From Macrostomum lignano (Eukaryota): a DNA stretch of 64,000 nucleotides. Shown here one piece after another: positions 63,161 to 64,000 of this stretch. The number at the start of each line of letters is the position of its first letter. Positions within the stretch are counted from its first letter, which is position 1. The stretch lies in NCBI GenBank assembly GCA_002269645.1, contig NIVC01000799.1, positions 124,001-188,000 on the forward strand. Direction: 5' to 3'. Made by a program: the position numbers and the translations under genes. The notes under the pieces were generated by a model. It was not told the DNA's origin. It searched no databases and was given only the letters and a program-made list of their open reading frames with translations.

Positions 63161-63862
63161 ATGTTCGACCCGAGCATAAAAAAGAAGAAGAATAAGAAGA
63201 AGGAGCTGGCCGAGGAGACCCCAGCAGTGGATGAGGAGCTTGAAGCAGACTTTAACCTCGAAACAAAGAAGAAGAAGAAGCCGCCGAAGGAGCGACCCGC
63301 GGCGGCGGCTGAGCAGCCTGAGGAGGACGGAGGCCAAGGCGCGGCGTCAGCTGTGGAGGGAGATGGAAGCGAGGACAAGGATTACAGCTACAGCGAGCTG
63401 CTCAGCCGGGCCTTCCGCGCCATGATGGAGCGGAACCCGGATATGCTGTCGGAGAAGAAGAAGGTGGTGATGAAGCCTCCGTCTCTGATGCGAGTTGGAA
63501 CCAAGAAGACCGCCTTTGCCAACTTCACGGAGATCAGCAAGCAGATTCGAAGGAAGCCGGACCACCTGTTGGCTTACCTTCTAACTGAGCTGGGCACCAC
63601 CGGGTCGGTTGATGGGAACAACCAGCTCATTATTAAGGGCAGATTCCAGACTAAGAACATTGAATCGGTGCTGCGCTCGTACATCAAGGAGTACGTGATG
63701 TGCCACACGTGCCGGTCTCACGACACTGAGCTCGTTAAGGAGACTCGGCTGTTCTTCCTGCAGTGCAGCACCTGCGGCAGTCGGTGCTCAGTTGCCAGCA
63801 TCAAGTCTGGATTTCAGGCCCAGGTGGGCAGGAGAGCTGCGCAGAGGGCCAAGGCCACGTGA
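63161..63862 (+). CDS. EIF2S2: Translation initiation factor eIF2 beta, paralog B, main coding exon
   Basis: Same motifs as paralog A; acceptor CCTGTTTGACTCGCGCAG immediately before ATG. Confidence 0.97.
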   Translation: MFDPSIKKKKNKKKELAEETPAVDEELEADFNLETKKKKKPPKERPAAAAEQPEEDGGQGAASAVEGDGSEDKDYSYSELLSRAFRAMMERNPDMLSEKKKVVMKPPSLMRVGTKKTAFANFTEISKQIRRKPDHLLAYLLTELGTTGSVDGNNQLIIKGRFQTKNIESVLRSYIKEYVMCHTCRSHDTELVKETRLFFLQCSTCGSRCSVASIKSGFQAQVGRRAAQRAKAT

Positions 63863-64000
63863 CACTGTTAGGGAGAAGAGCTGGATAATGAGGGCATTGC
63901 TCTGTGTATGAAGATGGTTGCTGACTGATTGATTGTCCATGTCTTGTGCTGCATGAACTTGACTGCTGGCGGGTGAACTTTATGTGGCAATGTTGGGCTC

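Overview
Eukaryotic (metazoan, probably invertebrate) genomic DNA, repeat-dominated, with spliceosomal introns and TTAGGG-like tracts. It is not prokaryotic and has no CRISPR array. Host genes: two divergently oriented eIF2-beta (EIF2S2) paralogs (minus strand 41397-45347, plus strand 55976-63862) and a two-exon PPC/DUF296-domain gene (52880-54013). Mobile DNA: a defective Ty3/Gypsy element (48125-52362, TSD CAATC), a deleted piggyBac transposase, an RT-less LINE remnant, a tRNA-derived SINE, a probable non-autonomous Helitron and many MITEs. Tandem arrays have units of about 34, 50, 31/32 (12.8 kb), 29, 28, 13, 23 and 640 bp. Main observations: (1) the Gypsy pol gene contains an inverted 323-bp PPT-LTR-PBS block that matches plus-strand strong-stop DNA, and removing it restores the RT-RNaseH frame; (2) the eIF2-beta paralogs have near-identical exon 2 and 3'UTR but diverged first exons and unrelated introns; (3) the 640-bp array looks like tandem symmetric phase-1 exons with variable polyAla; (4) two 35-38-bp hairpin insertions carry 8-bp GTnnnnAC target duplications; (5) a 28S rDNA fragment is mutated mainly at the R2/I-PpoI site. 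Coordinates were read by eye and no database searches were run.
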